From assembly GCA_035248765.1 (NCBI GenBank), contig DATFHC010000176.1, forward strand, positions 1,245-65,244: 64,000 nt of DNA, written 5' to 3'. Position numbers and translations under genes: made by a program. The notes beneath the pieces were generated by a model that worked only from the letters and a program-made list of their open reading frames with translations, did no database searches and was not told where the DNA came from. The DNA is from Gaiellaceae bacterium. GTDB taxonomy: Bacteria > Actinomycetota > Thermoleophilia > Gaiellales > Gaiellaceae. Below, in pieces: positions 30,233 to 41,346 of this stretch (position 1 is the stretch's first letter; each line of letters begins with the position of its first letter).

Positions 30233-31737
30233 GACCTGCCGTCCCGGTGCAGAAGCTCGTCGGCGCTCGGCGGCCCCCAGGTTCCCGACGGATAGTTCGG
30301 GAACGCCGGCTTGTCGCGCTGCCAGGCGGCGACGATCGAATCGACGAGCAGCCACTGCTCATTGACCTCGTCCGCCCGCGTGAACAGCGTCTGGTCGCCG
30401 AGCATCGTGTCGAGGATGAGGCGCTCGTACGCCTCAGGCATTCCGGTGCGGAAGGTGCCGCCGTAGAGGAAGTCCATGTGGACGGTGCGGATCGTCATCC
30501 CCTGGCCCGGCACCTTGGCGCCGATCGCGAGCGAGACGCCCTCGTCCGGTTGCACATTGACGACGAGCACGTTCGGCCGCAGGCCTTCCGCCGCGCTCTC
30601 CTCGAATGGCGGGTGAGGAGCCTCCTTGAACTGGATCGCGATCGTCGTCTCGTGCCGCGCCATGCGCTTGCCCATCCGGACGTAGAACGGGGTGTCGGCC
30701 CAGCGCCAGTTGTCGACGAAGAGCTTCGCTGCGACATACGTCTCCGTCATCGAGTCGGGCGCGACGCCGGCCTCCTCACGATAGGCGACCACCTCCTCGC
30801 CCTCGATGAAGCCGCGTCCGTACTGGCCGCGCACGACCGATCTCGGCGCGGGCGTGTGCAGCGCGCGCAGCACCTTCACCTTTTCGTTGTGCACCGAGTC
30901 GGACGTGAAGTCGATCGGCGGCTCCATTGCCGTGAGGGCGAGCAGCTGGAGGAGATGGTTCTGAAAGATGTCGCGGATCGCGCCCGCGTGCTCGTAGTAA
31001 CCCGCACGCGCCTCGATTCCGATCGATTCGGCCACGGTGATCTGCACGTGGTCAACGAACTGGCGGTTCCAGATCGGCTCGAAGATCCCGTTCGCGAAGC
31101 GGAGCGCGAGCATGTTCTGGACGGTCTCCTTGCCGAGGTAGTGGTCGATCCGGAAGATCTCTTCTTCTTTGAAGTACTCGAGCAGGATCGCCGTGAGCTC
31201 CTTCGCCGACGGCAAGTCGTGGCCGAACGGCTTTTCGACGACGAGCCGTGTCCAGCCGCGCTCGTCGCGGCGCTTGCCGAGCGCCTCGACGATGGTCGGG
31301 AACGCGGGAGGAGGTACCGCGAGATAGAAGACCCGGTTACCGCCAAGCTCGTGCTCCTCGTCGAGCTTCCCGAGCAGATCGTGAACCTTGTCCTCTCCGC
31401 CCGAATCGGCAAAGTCGGTCGCGACGTAGTGGATCTGCGCTGCGAGCTCGTCCCAGACGTCCTGCCGGAACGGATCGCGCGCGTGCTGCTTCACCGCGCC
31501 TACCATGTCCTCCGCGAACGACTTGTCGTCTCCCTCGGTGCGCGCGACGCCGACGATCGCGAACTGCTGCGGGAGGAGACGGCGGACGGCGAGCGCGTAG
31601 AGCGCCGGCATCAGCTTCTTGTGCGTCAGATCGCCCGAGGCACCGAAGATGACAAGCGCGCAAGGGTCGGGCGTCCGGCGCAGTGTGAGGCCCTCGGCGA
31701 GCGGATTCTCCTCGTGCTTCGGAGTGGTCGCCGTCAC
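30217..31737 (-). CDS. zwf: glucose-6-phosphate 1-dehydrogenase
   Basis: 506 aa from the GTG at 31737 (GTGA overlap with the gnd stop). Motifs IFGASGDLTHKKL and RIDHYLGKE. Confidence 0.93.
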   Translation of the reverse strand: MTATTPKHEENPLAEGLTLRRTPDPCALVIFGASGDLTHKKLMPALYALAVRRLLPQQFAIVGVARTEGDDKSFAEDMVGAVKQHARDPFRQDVWDELAAQIHYVATDFADSGGEDKVHDLLGKLDEEHELGGNRVFYLAVPPPAFPTIVEALGKRRDERGWTRLVVEKPFGHDLPSAKELTAILLEYFKEEEIFRIDHYLGKETVQNMLALRFANGIFEPIWNRQFVDHVQITVAESIGIEARAGYYEHAGAIRDIFQNHLLQLLALTAMEPPIDFTSDSVHNEKVKVLRALHTPAPRSVVRGQYGRGFIEGEEVVAYREEAGVAPDSMTETYVAAKLFVDNWRWADTPFYVRMGKRMARHETTIAIQFKEAPHPPFEESAAEGLRPNVLVVNVQPDEGVSLAIGAKVPGQGMTIRTVHMDFLYGGTFRTGMPEAYERLILDTMLGDQTLFTRADEVNEQWLLVDSIVAAWQRDKPAFPNYPSGTWGPPSADELLHRDGRSWRRH

Positions 31738-32726
31738 TGCTCCGGGCTCTTCTCGAGGTGGCCGCCGAAGCCCTTGCGCATCGCAGAAAGGACGCGATCG
31801 CCCCAGTCGGCCTCGCCGCGCGAGGCGAAGCGGTTGAAGAGAGACGCCGCGAGCACCGGCGTGGGCACGCCTTCTTCGACGGCTGCCTGCACCGTCCACC
31901 GGCCCTCGCCGGAATCGCTCACATGCCCGGCGTACTCGTCGAGGCCGGGGGATTCGTGCAGCGCCTCCGCCGTCAGGTCCAGCAGCCACGATGCGATCAC
32001 CGATCCGCGACGCCAGAGCTCGGTGATCGCCGCGATGTCGAGCTCGTACTTGTAGAGATCCGGATCGCGGAGGGGCGTCGTCTCGGCATCCGTCTCCTGC
32101 GCGTGGAGCCCGATGTTCGCGTGCTTGAGAACGTTCAGGCCCTCCGCGTACGCCTGCATCAGGCCGTACTCGATGCCGTTGTGGACCATCTTCACGAAGT
32201 GGCCCGCGCCGACCGGGCCGCAGTGCAGCCAGCCCTGCTCCTCGGGTGTCGCGTCGCCCTCGCGGCCGGGAGTTCTCACGGCGGAGCCGACGCCGGGTGC
32301 GAGGGCCTCGAATACGGGAGTGAGGCGGCCGACCGCCTCGTCGTCGCCGCCGACCATCATGCAGTAGCCGCGCGTGCGGCCCCAGACGCCGCCGCTCACC
32401 CCGACGTCGACGTAGTGGATCCCCTTCTCGGCCAGCTCGCGCCCGCGGCGCAGGTCGTCGACGTAGTACGAGTTCCCGCCGTCGATGATGGTGTCGCCCT
32501 TTTCGAGGTGCGGCGCCAGTTCGCGCACAACCGAGTCGACGATTCCGGCCGGCACCATCAGCCAGACCGAGCGCGGCGCCTCGAGCTGATGCGCGAGCTC
32601 CTCGAGCGAGGCTGCGGTGCGAGACTCGACGTTCGGGTCGTAGGTCTTGAGGTCGTGGCCGGCCGCGCTCAGGCGCTCGGTCATATTCGCGCCCATGCGG
32701 CCGAGCCCGACCATCCCGAGCTGCAC
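31734..32726 (-). CDS. gnd: 6-phosphogluconate dehydrogenase (decarboxylating), short Gnd-like form
   Basis: 330 aa from the GTG at 32726 (TAGTG overlap with the pgi stop). Motifs GMVGLGRMGANM and NGIEYGLMQAYAEG. Confidence 0.88.
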   Translation of the reverse strand: MQLGMVGLGRMGANMTERLSAAGHDLKTYDPNVESRTAASLEELAHQLEAPRSVWLMVPAGIVDSVVRELAPHLEKGDTIIDGGNSYYVDDLRRGRELAEKGIHYVDVGVSGGVWGRTRGYCMMVGGDDEAVGRLTPVFEALAPGVGSAVRTPGREGDATPEEQGWLHCGPVGAGHFVKMVHNGIEYGLMQAYAEGLNVLKHANIGLHAQETDAETTPLRDPDLYKYELDIAAITELWRRGSVIASWLLDLTAEALHESPGLDEYAGHVSDSGEGRWTVQAAVEEGVPTPVLAASLFNRFASRGEADWGDRVLSAMRKGFGGHLEKSPEQ

Positions 32727-34087
32727 TAGAGATCCTCCAGTCTCACGCGTGCGACGCGCCGTCCGCGCTCCTTCAGCGTCTTGAGGTCCCCCGCCGCCTG
32801 CGCGCGGATCAGCCGCCGGAAGCCGAACGGCTTGCCCGGGATCGGCAACTCGTCGCCCTGGTCGTCGATCACCTGCAGAAAGAGGCCGGTGTTCGGGCCG
32901 CCCTTGTGGAGCTGGCCGGTCGAGTGCATGTAGCGCGGCCCGTAACCGTGCGTGACGACGAGATTGCTCCGTCCGCGCACGTCGGCGATCACGCGGTCGA
33001 GCTTCGCCTCGGCGTCGGCTCCCGGCTCGACGAACGCCTGGATGCAGAAGTAGTCGCCTTCCTTGGCCTGCGCGAGCAGCTCTTCGACCGAACCCTCGGG
33101 CTCGAGCTCCGGCTCCTCCCCGCTTGCCAGCACTTCGTTCGTCTTGTCCTTGGCCGCCTGCACGTCCGGCTGGTCGAACGGGTTGATCTCGAGGTACGTG
33201 CCGGCGACCGCGATCGCGAACTCCCAGCGGAAGAACTCCGCCCCGAGCGCGTAGGGATCGGGGAGCTCGGGCGTGGCACCCTGGCGGTCGGCTCCCTCCG
33301 CAGATTCGCCCGGTGCGGGGACGAGCCCCTTCCCGTGCTTGCCGGTCGACTCGGCGATGAGCTGCTCGGCCCAGAGGCCGAAATCGCCAGGCGCCTCGCC
33401 GATGCAGATCTTGTCGCGGCCCTCGCGCCAGCCTTCTCCGAACCGGCTGCCCAACTCGTAGCCGGGATTGCCCTCGCCGGAGCGGCAGGCCTCGCGCATC
33501 TCCTGCGCCCGCTCGAGGATCCGAGCCGCGTCGGCGCCCATCAGCACCGCCGGCACGATCCCGAACGGCGAGAGCGCCGAGTAGCGGCCACCGATCGACG
33601 GCTCGCCGGAGAAGACCGCACGAAAGCCCCGCTCGCGGGCCAGGTGCTCGAGCTCCGACCCGGGATCGGTGATCGCGCAGAACTTCTCGCCGCGCTTCCC
33701 GCTCTTTTCCCAGAAGTAGTCGGTGTGCGAGCGCGTCTCGAGCGTCGACCCCGACTTCGAGGACGAGACGAAGAACGTCCGCTCGAGGTCGAGCTCCGCT
33801 TCGAGCGCCCGGATCGTGCGGGGATGGGTCGTGTCGAGGACGTGGAACCAGTCGACGCCGAAACTTCGCCGCAGCACCTCCGGCGCGAGCGACGAGCCTC
33901 CCATCCCGCAGAGGACGACGTCGTCGACCTCCTCGTGCAGCGACTCCGCGAAGCGGCGGATGTCGTCGAGCTGCTCCTGGATGTGCAGCGGCTCGTCGAG
34001 CCAGCCGAGCCACTGCGCCTCGTCGCCGCCGGTCCACGTGGTGGCATCCCGCTCCCAGATGCCCTCGATCAGGCTCTCGCGCGTCAC
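32726..34087 (-). CDS. pgi: glucose-6-phosphate isomerase
   Basis: 453 aa from the GTG at 34087 (GTGA overlap with the tal stop). Motifs SKSGSTLET and GGRYSALS. Confidence 0.9.
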   Translation of the reverse strand: MTRESLIEGIWERDATTWTGGDEAQWLGWLDEPLHIQEQLDDIRRFAESLHEEVDDVVLCGMGGSSLAPEVLRRSFGVDWFHVLDTTHPRTIRALEAELDLERTFFVSSSKSGSTLETRSHTDYFWEKSGKRGEKFCAITDPGSELEHLARERGFRAVFSGEPSIGGRYSALSPFGIVPAVLMGADAARILERAQEMREACRSGEGNPGYELGSRFGEGWREGRDKICIGEAPGDFGLWAEQLIAESTGKHGKGLVPAPGESAEGADRQGATPELPDPYALGAEFFRWEFAIAVAGTYLEINPFDQPDVQAAKDKTNEVLASGEEPELEPEGSVEELLAQAKEGDYFCIQAFVEPGADAEAKLDRVIADVRGRSNLVVTHGYGPRYMHSTGQLHKGGPNTGLFLQVIDDQGDELPIPGKPFGFRRLIRAQAAGDLKTLKERGRRVARVRLEDL

Positions 34088-35199
34088 GAAGTCACAAGAG
34101 CTCCGCGCTTCGCCTTGACGCCGTCGAGCAGCTCGGCGAAGGAGTCGGAGAACTTCTGCACGCCCTCCTTCTCGAGGGTCAGGACGACGTCGTGGTAGTC
34201 GACGCCCACCGCCGGCAGCTGCTCCTCCAGCAGCGCATGTGCGGCCGCGAGGTCGTCGTCGACGGTGTCGCCGCGTACCTCGCCGTGATCCTGGAAGGCC
34301 TTGATCGTCTCCTCCGGCATCGTGTTCACCGTGTGCGGGCCGATCAGCTCCTCGACGTAGAGGACGTCGCGGTATTGGGGGTTCTTCGTGGAGGTGGAAG
34401 CCCACAAGCAGCGTTGCGGCAGCGCGCCCTTCGCCTCGAGCGCCTCCCAGCGCTCGCCGCTGAACACCTTCTTGTAGTTCTCGTATGCGATGCGCGCGTT
34501 CGCGATCGCGAGCTTGCCTCGCAGCGCGAGCGCCTCCTCGGAGCCGATAGCCTCGAGCCGCTTGTCGGTCTCGGTGTCGACGCGCGAGACGAAGAAGCTC
34601 GCGACCGAGCGCACCTTCGTCGCGTCTCCGCCGCTCTCGACGACCCGCTCGAGCCCCTTGACGTACGCCTCCATCGCCTCGCTGTGCATCTTGAGCGAGA
34701 AGAGAAGCGTGACGTTGATGCTGTGGCCGCCGGCGATGCAGTCCTCGATCGCCTGCAGGCCCGGCTCGGTCCCGGGGATCTTCACGTAGAGGTTCGGCCG
34801 GTCGATCCACTCGTGCAGCCGGATCGCCTCGTCATAGGTCGCCTTCGTGTCGTAGGCGAGGTTCGGGTCGACCTCGATCGAGACGTACCCGTCCTGGGCG
34901 TTTCGCTCGTGCACCGGTGCGAGCAGGTCGAGGGCCTCCTCGACGTCGCGCACAGCGAGCTGGAGGAAGATCTCCTTCGCGTCGTCGGAGTGCTCGAGCA
35001 GCTCCTTCAGCTGCTCGTCGTACGCATTGCCCTGGGAGATCGCCTTCTGAAAGATCGTCGGGTTCGAGGTCACGCCGACAACGGCGTCCTCTTTCATCAT
35101 CCGCTCGAGCTCGCCCGTCTCGAGCAGGTCGCGCGAGAGATAGTCGATCCAGACCGACTGCCCGCGTGCGCTCAGCTGGTGGAGTCTCGATTCAGCCAT
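34084..35199 (-). CDS. tal: transaldolase
   Basis: 371 aa. Motifs GVTSNPTIF and the active-site Lys context LYVKIPGT. Confidence 0.93.
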   Translation of the reverse strand: MAESRLHQLSARGQSVWIDYLSRDLLETGELERMMKEDAVVGVTSNPTIFQKAISQGNAYDEQLKELLEHSDDAKEIFLQLAVRDVEEALDLLAPVHERNAQDGYVSIEVDPNLAYDTKATYDEAIRLHEWIDRPNLYVKIPGTEPGLQAIEDCIAGGHSINVTLLFSLKMHSEAMEAYVKGLERVVESGGDATKVRSVASFFVSRVDTETDKRLEAIGSEEALALRGKLAIANARIAYENYKKVFSGERWEALEAKGALPQRCLWASTSTKNPQYRDVLYVEELIGPHTVNTMPEETIKAFQDHGEVRGDTVDDDLAAAHALLEEQLPAVGVDYHDVVLTLEKEGVQKFSDSFAELLDGVKAKRGALVTS

Positions 35200-35650
35200 T
35201 CCGCATCCCTTCTTCCATCCTTCGGATCTTCTCCAGTCTGGCGACGTAACGGTCTCCTCCGTCGAACCGAGCGCCGAGAAACGTGGTCACGAGGTCCGCC
35301 GCCAGGCTCGGCCCGATCACCTCCGAGCCGAGGCAGAGGACGTTCATGTCGTCGTGCTCGACGCCCTGATGCGCGGAGTAGACGTCGTGACAGATTGCTG
35401 CCCGGATCCCCACGATCTTGCACGCAGCGACTGCGGCCCCGACGCCGGAGCCGCAGACGAGAACCCCGCGCTCCGCCTGTCCGTCCTTGATCGCGGCGCC
35501 CAGCTCGGCCGCCTTGTCCGGGTAGTCGATCCGGACTGCGTCGCTGTCGGTTCCGAGGTCGACGATGCGGTGTCCGGCCTCCCGCAACGTTTCGAGGACT
35601 GTGTCCCGGAGATGGACGCCGCGATGGTCGAAGGCAACTGCGACGTTCAT
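35192..35650 (-). CDS. rpiB: ribose-5-phosphate isomerase B
   Basis: 152 aa. Motif GVLVCGSGVGAAVAACK, typical RpiB/LacAB fold. Confidence 0.92.
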   Translation of the reverse strand: MNVAVAFDHRGVHLRDTVLETLREAGHRIVDLGTDSDAVRIDYPDKAAELGAAIKDGQAERGVLVCGSGVGAAVAACKIVGIRAAICHDVYSAHQGVEHDDMNVLCLGSEVIGPSLAADLVTTFLGARFDGGDRYVARLEKIRRMEEGMRNG

Positions 35651-35688
35651 ACAGCGGACCGTACCCTCTCCGGCCCTAGAATCGAGTC

Positions 35689-37518
35689 ATGAACGACGTC
35701 GAGCTCTGGCGCGAGCTGGGACAGCAGCTTCGGGTCGACGGGATCCGACCCGCGGCGAAGGCGGGCTCCGGCCATCCCACGTCGGCTATGTCGGCGGCCG
35801 ACCTGATGGCCGTCCTCATGGCGAAGTACCTGCGCTACGACTTCGACAATCCGCACGACCCGCACAACGACCGGCTCGTCTTCTCGAAGGGCCACGCCTC
35901 GACGCTCCTCTACGCGATGTTCCGCGCCGCCGGCGCGATCTCGACGGAAGAGCTGATGACCTACCGGCAGTTCGATTCGATCTTCGAGGGCCACCCGACG
36001 CCGCGGATCCCGTGGGTCGACGTCGCGACCGGCTCGCTCGGCCAGGGGCTCCCCTATGCAGTGGGAATGGCGCTCGCCGGCAAGCGGCTCGACCGGCTGC
36101 CGTTCCGCGTATGGACGCTCTGCGGCGACAGCGAGATCGCCGAAGGCTCGCAATGGGAGGCGCTCGAGCACGCGGCGTTCTACGAGCTCGACAACCTCGT
36201 CGCGATCATCGACGTGAACCGGCTCGGCCAGCGCGGGGAGACGATGCACGGCTGGGATCTCGACTCCTACGCGAACCGTGCGAAGGCGTTCGGCTGCCAC
36301 ACGATCGAGATCGACGGCCACGACGTCGAGGCGATCGACCGCGCCTACGCCGAGGCGATCGACATCTCCGGCCAGCCGGTCGTGATCGTCGCGAAGACGA
36401 TCAAGGGCAAGGGCGATCCCGAGGTCGAGGACAAGAACGGCTTCCACGGCAAGGCGCTCGACCATTCGGAAGAGGTGATTGCGACGCTCGGCGGCGTTCG
36501 CAACCTCAAGATCGACGTGGCCAAGCCGGAGACAGGCGGCGCGAAGCACGAGTTCCCGGGCGGTGCGCTCGAGCTGCCGCAGTACGAGCTCGGCTCGGAG
36601 GTCGCGACGCGGAAGGCGTACGGCGATGCGCTCGCGGCGCTCGGCAAGGCGCGCGGCGACGTCGTCGCGCTCGACGGCGAGGTCTCGAACTCGACCTTCG
36701 CGGAGGAGTTCCGGGACGCGATCCCCGACCGGTATTTCGAGATGTACATCGCCGAGCAGCAGATGGTCGCGACGGCGGTGGGGATGCAGGTGCTCGGCTG
36801 GCGTCCCTTTGCGTCGACCTTCGCTGCGTTCCTTTCGCGCGCCTACGACTTCATTCGCATGTCCGCGATCAGCCGCGCGAGCTACTGCCTGTGCGGCTCA
36901 CACGCGGGAATCTCGATCGGCGAGGACGGGCCGTCGCAGATGGCTCTCGAGGACATCGCCGCGCTGCGAGCCGTCCACGGCTCGACCGTGCTGCATCCGT
37001 GCGACGGGAACCAGACCGCGAAGCTCGTGGCGCTTATGGCCGACCTGAAGGGGATCTCGTACCTGCGGACGCTGCGTCCCGCCACGCCCGTTCTCTACGG
37101 ACCGGACGAGGACTTCGAGATCGGTGGCTCGCGGACGGTTCGCGAGGGAGACGACGTTGCGATCATCGGGGCGGGGATCACCGTCCACGAAGCGCTCAAG
37201 GCGGCCGACGCACTCGCACAGGACGGGATCGAGGCGCGCGTGATCGACCTCTATTCGATCAAGCCGCTCGACGCGGAGACGCTGCGCTCGCTCACGTGTC
37301 CCATCGTCACGGTCGAGGACCACTGGCCGGAGGGCGGGCTCGGCGAGGCGGTGCTGACCGCGCTGGCGGACTCCGACGAGCATCGGCCCGTCGTCCAACT
37401 GGCCGTGCATGGGATGCCGCACTCGGGCAAGCCGGCCGAGCTGCTCGCGGAGGCCGGCATCGACGCCGACGGGATCGCCGCAGCCGCGCGGAAGCTCGCG
37501 CGCGTCAGCGCGTCGTAG
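35689..37518 (+). CDS. tkt: transketolase
   Basis: 609 aa. Motifs GSGHPTSAMSAADL and CGDSEIAEGSQWEA (TPP binding), followed by pyrimidine-binding and C-terminal domains. Confidence 0.93.
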   Translation: MNDVELWRELGQQLRVDGIRPAAKAGSGHPTSAMSAADLMAVLMAKYLRYDFDNPHDPHNDRLVFSKGHASTLLYAMFRAAGAISTEELMTYRQFDSIFEGHPTPRIPWVDVATGSLGQGLPYAVGMALAGKRLDRLPFRVWTLCGDSEIAEGSQWEALEHAAFYELDNLVAIIDVNRLGQRGETMHGWDLDSYANRAKAFGCHTIEIDGHDVEAIDRAYAEAIDISGQPVVIVAKTIKGKGDPEVEDKNGFHGKALDHSEEVIATLGGVRNLKIDVAKPETGGAKHEFPGGALELPQYELGSEVATRKAYGDALAALGKARGDVVALDGEVSNSTFAEEFRDAIPDRYFEMYIAEQQMVATAVGMQVLGWRPFASTFAAFLSRAYDFIRMSAISRASYCLCGSHAGISIGEDGPSQMALEDIAALRAVHGSTVLHPCDGNQTAKLVALMADLKGISYLRTLRPATPVLYGPDEDFEIGGSRTVREGDDVAIIGAGITVHEALKAADALAQDGIEARVIDLYSIKPLDAETLRSLTCPIVTVEDHWPEGGLGEAVLTALADSDEHRPVVQLAVHGMPHSGKPAELLAEAGIDADGIAAAARKLARVSAS

Positions 37519-38323
37519 CTTCGCGCAGCAGCTCCATCGCATCCGCGAGCCAGCGGCGCGCGCGGACGACGTTCCGTCCGTCGGGCGCCAGGTTCACGGT
37601 ATCCAGCTGGAGCCCGGTCATCGTGAGGAGCGAGTGATGCGGATCCGTCTCGGCGAGCGCCTCCTCGATCCGTTCCGCGAGCCGCTCCGGCTTGACGGCC
37701 AGCGCCGCCGTGTTCGTGGCGAGGCGCTTCGAGGTCGGTTGCCGCTCCCGGTTGAGCGCGAACACGATCGCGAGCACGCGCTGGGCCGACTCGACGAGCC
37801 ACTCGGCGCGGGCGAGCTCCGTGTCCGGCCGCGCGATGGTGAGGAGGCCGCCGGGCGAGAACCCGCCCCAGCGCTCGGCGGCCTTCTCGATGCGCTCGGC
37901 CGCGAGCTCGTCGGGATAGACGGCGAGCCGCTCCTGCCACCGCTCGAGCAGGCCGCACGTCCGGAGCGCGACGCCGTGGAGGAGCGCCTGATCGGAGCCC
38001 GGGGCGTCGAAGTGCTCCTCCGCGAACTCGCGCGACCACCAGATCGTCTCCACCGACTGGCCGTCGAGATAGCCGTGCACGCGCCGGGTCGCCGTCGACG
38101 GATCGCCCCAGGTGTCCCGATCCTCGAGGCCGGCCTCGCGAGCGAGTTCGAATACCTCGTCGAGGGAGAGCGACCCCTCGGTGACCACGAGCATCTCGAT
38201 GTCGGAGAGCTCGTCGGCAAGGCCGCGCGAGACGCTGCCGGTCACCACGACCTCGAGGACGTCCGGTGGGAACGAGCCGGCGATCCGCTGCGCGAGCGCC
38301 AGCAGCTCCTCGCTCCTGCTCAT
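37505..38323 (-). CDS. nucleotidyltransferase, kanamycin nucleotidyltransferase (ANT(4'))-like
   Basis: 272 aa. The pol-beta NTase motif TGSVSRGLADELSDIEMLVV resembles, from memory, the KNTase motif YGSLGRQTDGPYSDIEMM. The C-terminal half is helical. Confidence 0.6.
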   Translation of the reverse strand: MSRSEELLALAQRIAGSFPPDVLEVVVTGSVSRGLADELSDIEMLVVTEGSLSLDEVFELAREAGLEDRDTWGDPSTATRRVHGYLDGQSVETIWWSREFAEEHFDAPGSDQALLHGVALRTCGLLERWQERLAVYPDELAAERIEKAAERWGGFSPGGLLTIARPDTELARAEWLVESAQRVLAIVFALNRERQPTSKRLATNTAALAVKPERLAERIEEALAETDPHHSLLTMTGLQLDTVNLAPDGRNVVRARRWLADAMELLREATTR

Positions 38324-38937
38324 CCGGAGTAGTCGAAGGTCGCGGCGTAGCCGCAGGTGCCGCTGAGCTCGAAGACGAGCGGCCCGTCGTTCACCCGTAG
38401 CTCGTCCGCGACGAGCTCTTCGCCGTCGCGGTCATGACCGGAGATGACGCAGGTCACGGCCTCGGCGCCTGGATACCGGTCGCGGATTCGAACCGTGACG
38501 TGGTCGCGAATGCGGAGCCACTGCCGGCGCGTCGCGTGATCGAGCTCGATCGCGACAGGCCGCACCGCCAGTAGTTCGCTCGCCTTCCAGGCCCAGGGAA
38601 AGTGCGCCAGCGCCTCGCCGCCGAGGCGTCCGGTGAAGATCGCCTCGAGCGCCTCCAGTTGCTCGGCGCTTCCGCGCTCGTCGAGGTAGAGGACCCAGCT
38701 CCACGGAGATCCCGGCTCGTCGTCGTCGTAGCGGATCGCCATGGCGACTGCCAGCCCGCTGAGATCCGTCCCGGCTGCGGACCCGTCTTCGATCAGCCAC
38801 GAGAGGACGCCGGTGCAGACGCCGTGCGTCGAGCGGCCACCGGCGACGCCGTCGATGCGGCGGCACGGGCAGATCGCGTCGCAGTTGCACGACTCGAAGT
38901 AGCTGCCTCGGACCTGCCACGCGGTAGCGACTGCCAC
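38320..38937 (-). CDS. DUF1326-family protein
   Basis: 205 aa. The N-terminal W.V.GSYFESCNCDAICPC cysteine motif is characteristic of DUF1326. There is a 4-nt overlap with the downstream nucleotidyltransferase. Confidence 0.7.
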   Translation of the reverse strand: MAVATAWQVRGSYFESCNCDAICPCRRIDGVAGGRSTHGVCTGVLSWLIEDGSAAGTDLSGLAVAMAIRYDDDEPGSPWSWVLYLDERGSAEQLEALEAIFTGRLGGEALAHFPWAWKASELLAVRPVAIELDHATRRQWLRIRDHVTVRIRDRYPGAEAVTCVISGHDRDGEELVADELRVNDGPLVFELSGTCGYAATFDYSG

Positions 38938-38963
38938 GCGGCCGAATCTACAGTGGCTCGGCC

Positions 38964-40850
<1,887 letters not shown>

Positions 40851-40890
40851 TTAACTCCAGGCTGCAGACCCGCGAGCGAGGAGGACAAGG

Positions 40891-41346
40891 ATGGTTGCTT
40901 CATCCGAAGAGGCACGCCACGAGCGGCCTTCGCTGAGTTTCCTACAGGGCTTCAAGAACTTCCTGTTGCAGGGCGACGTCGTGGTCGTCGCCATCGGTTT
41001 GGTCGTCGCGCTCGCTTTCAGCGGGCTGATCTCTTCGTTCACCACGAACATCATCACGCCGCTCGTGAACTCCATCGGCGGCGGGTCGAACGGGTTGGGC
41101 TTCACGGTGAGGGGCCAGCACGTCGACTTCGGCGCTTTCATCTCGGACGTCATCTATTTCGTGATCTTCATGGCGGTCATCTACTTCGTGCTCGTCGTTC
41201 CGTATCGCGCAATCTCGGCGCGGCGTGGCGTCACCGTGTTTGGCGAGCCGGCACCGTCGCAGACCTGTCCGGCCTGTCTGTCGGAGGGGCTGCCGATGGG
41301 AGCGACGAAGTGCCGCTATTGCGGGAGTGCTCTGACGGGGGCCTAG
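40891..41346 (+). CDS. mscL: large-conductance mechanosensitive channel with C-terminal CxxC-x13-CxxC tail
   Basis: 151 aa. SD GAGGAGG upstream. MscL signature FKNFLLQGDVVVVAIGLVVALAF and a second TM FMAVIYFVLVVPY. The tail is CPACLSEGLPMGATKCRYCGS. Confidence 0.88.
   Translation: MVASSEEARHERPSLSFLQGFKNFLLQGDVVVVAIGLVVALAFSGLISSFTTNIITPLVNSIGGGSNGLGFTVRGQHVDFGAFISDVIYFVIFMAVIYFVLVVPYRAISARRGVTVFGEPAPSQTCPACLSEGLPMGATKCRYCGSALTGA

Noticed and set aside
32726-34810. A 694-aa ORF that could be read as a bifunctional transaldolase/PGI, with similar over-extensions at 31734-34037 (gnd), 25246-27660 (ctaB) and 6559-8214 (treZ).
   Set aside because: In each case the upstream extension overlaps the neighbouring real gene in another frame and is Arg-rich junk. 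A start codon that overlaps the upstream stop, or in the treZ case lies 5 nt after it, yields a normal-length enzyme.
37505-38937. The nucleotidyltransferase plus small partner as a CBASS-like or MNT-HEPN toxin-antitoxin or defence pair.
   Set aside because: The NTase motif and length fit the KNTase/ANT(4') type rather than CD-NTases. There is no Rx4-6H HEPN motif and no effector-like gene, and the neighbours are housekeeping genes.
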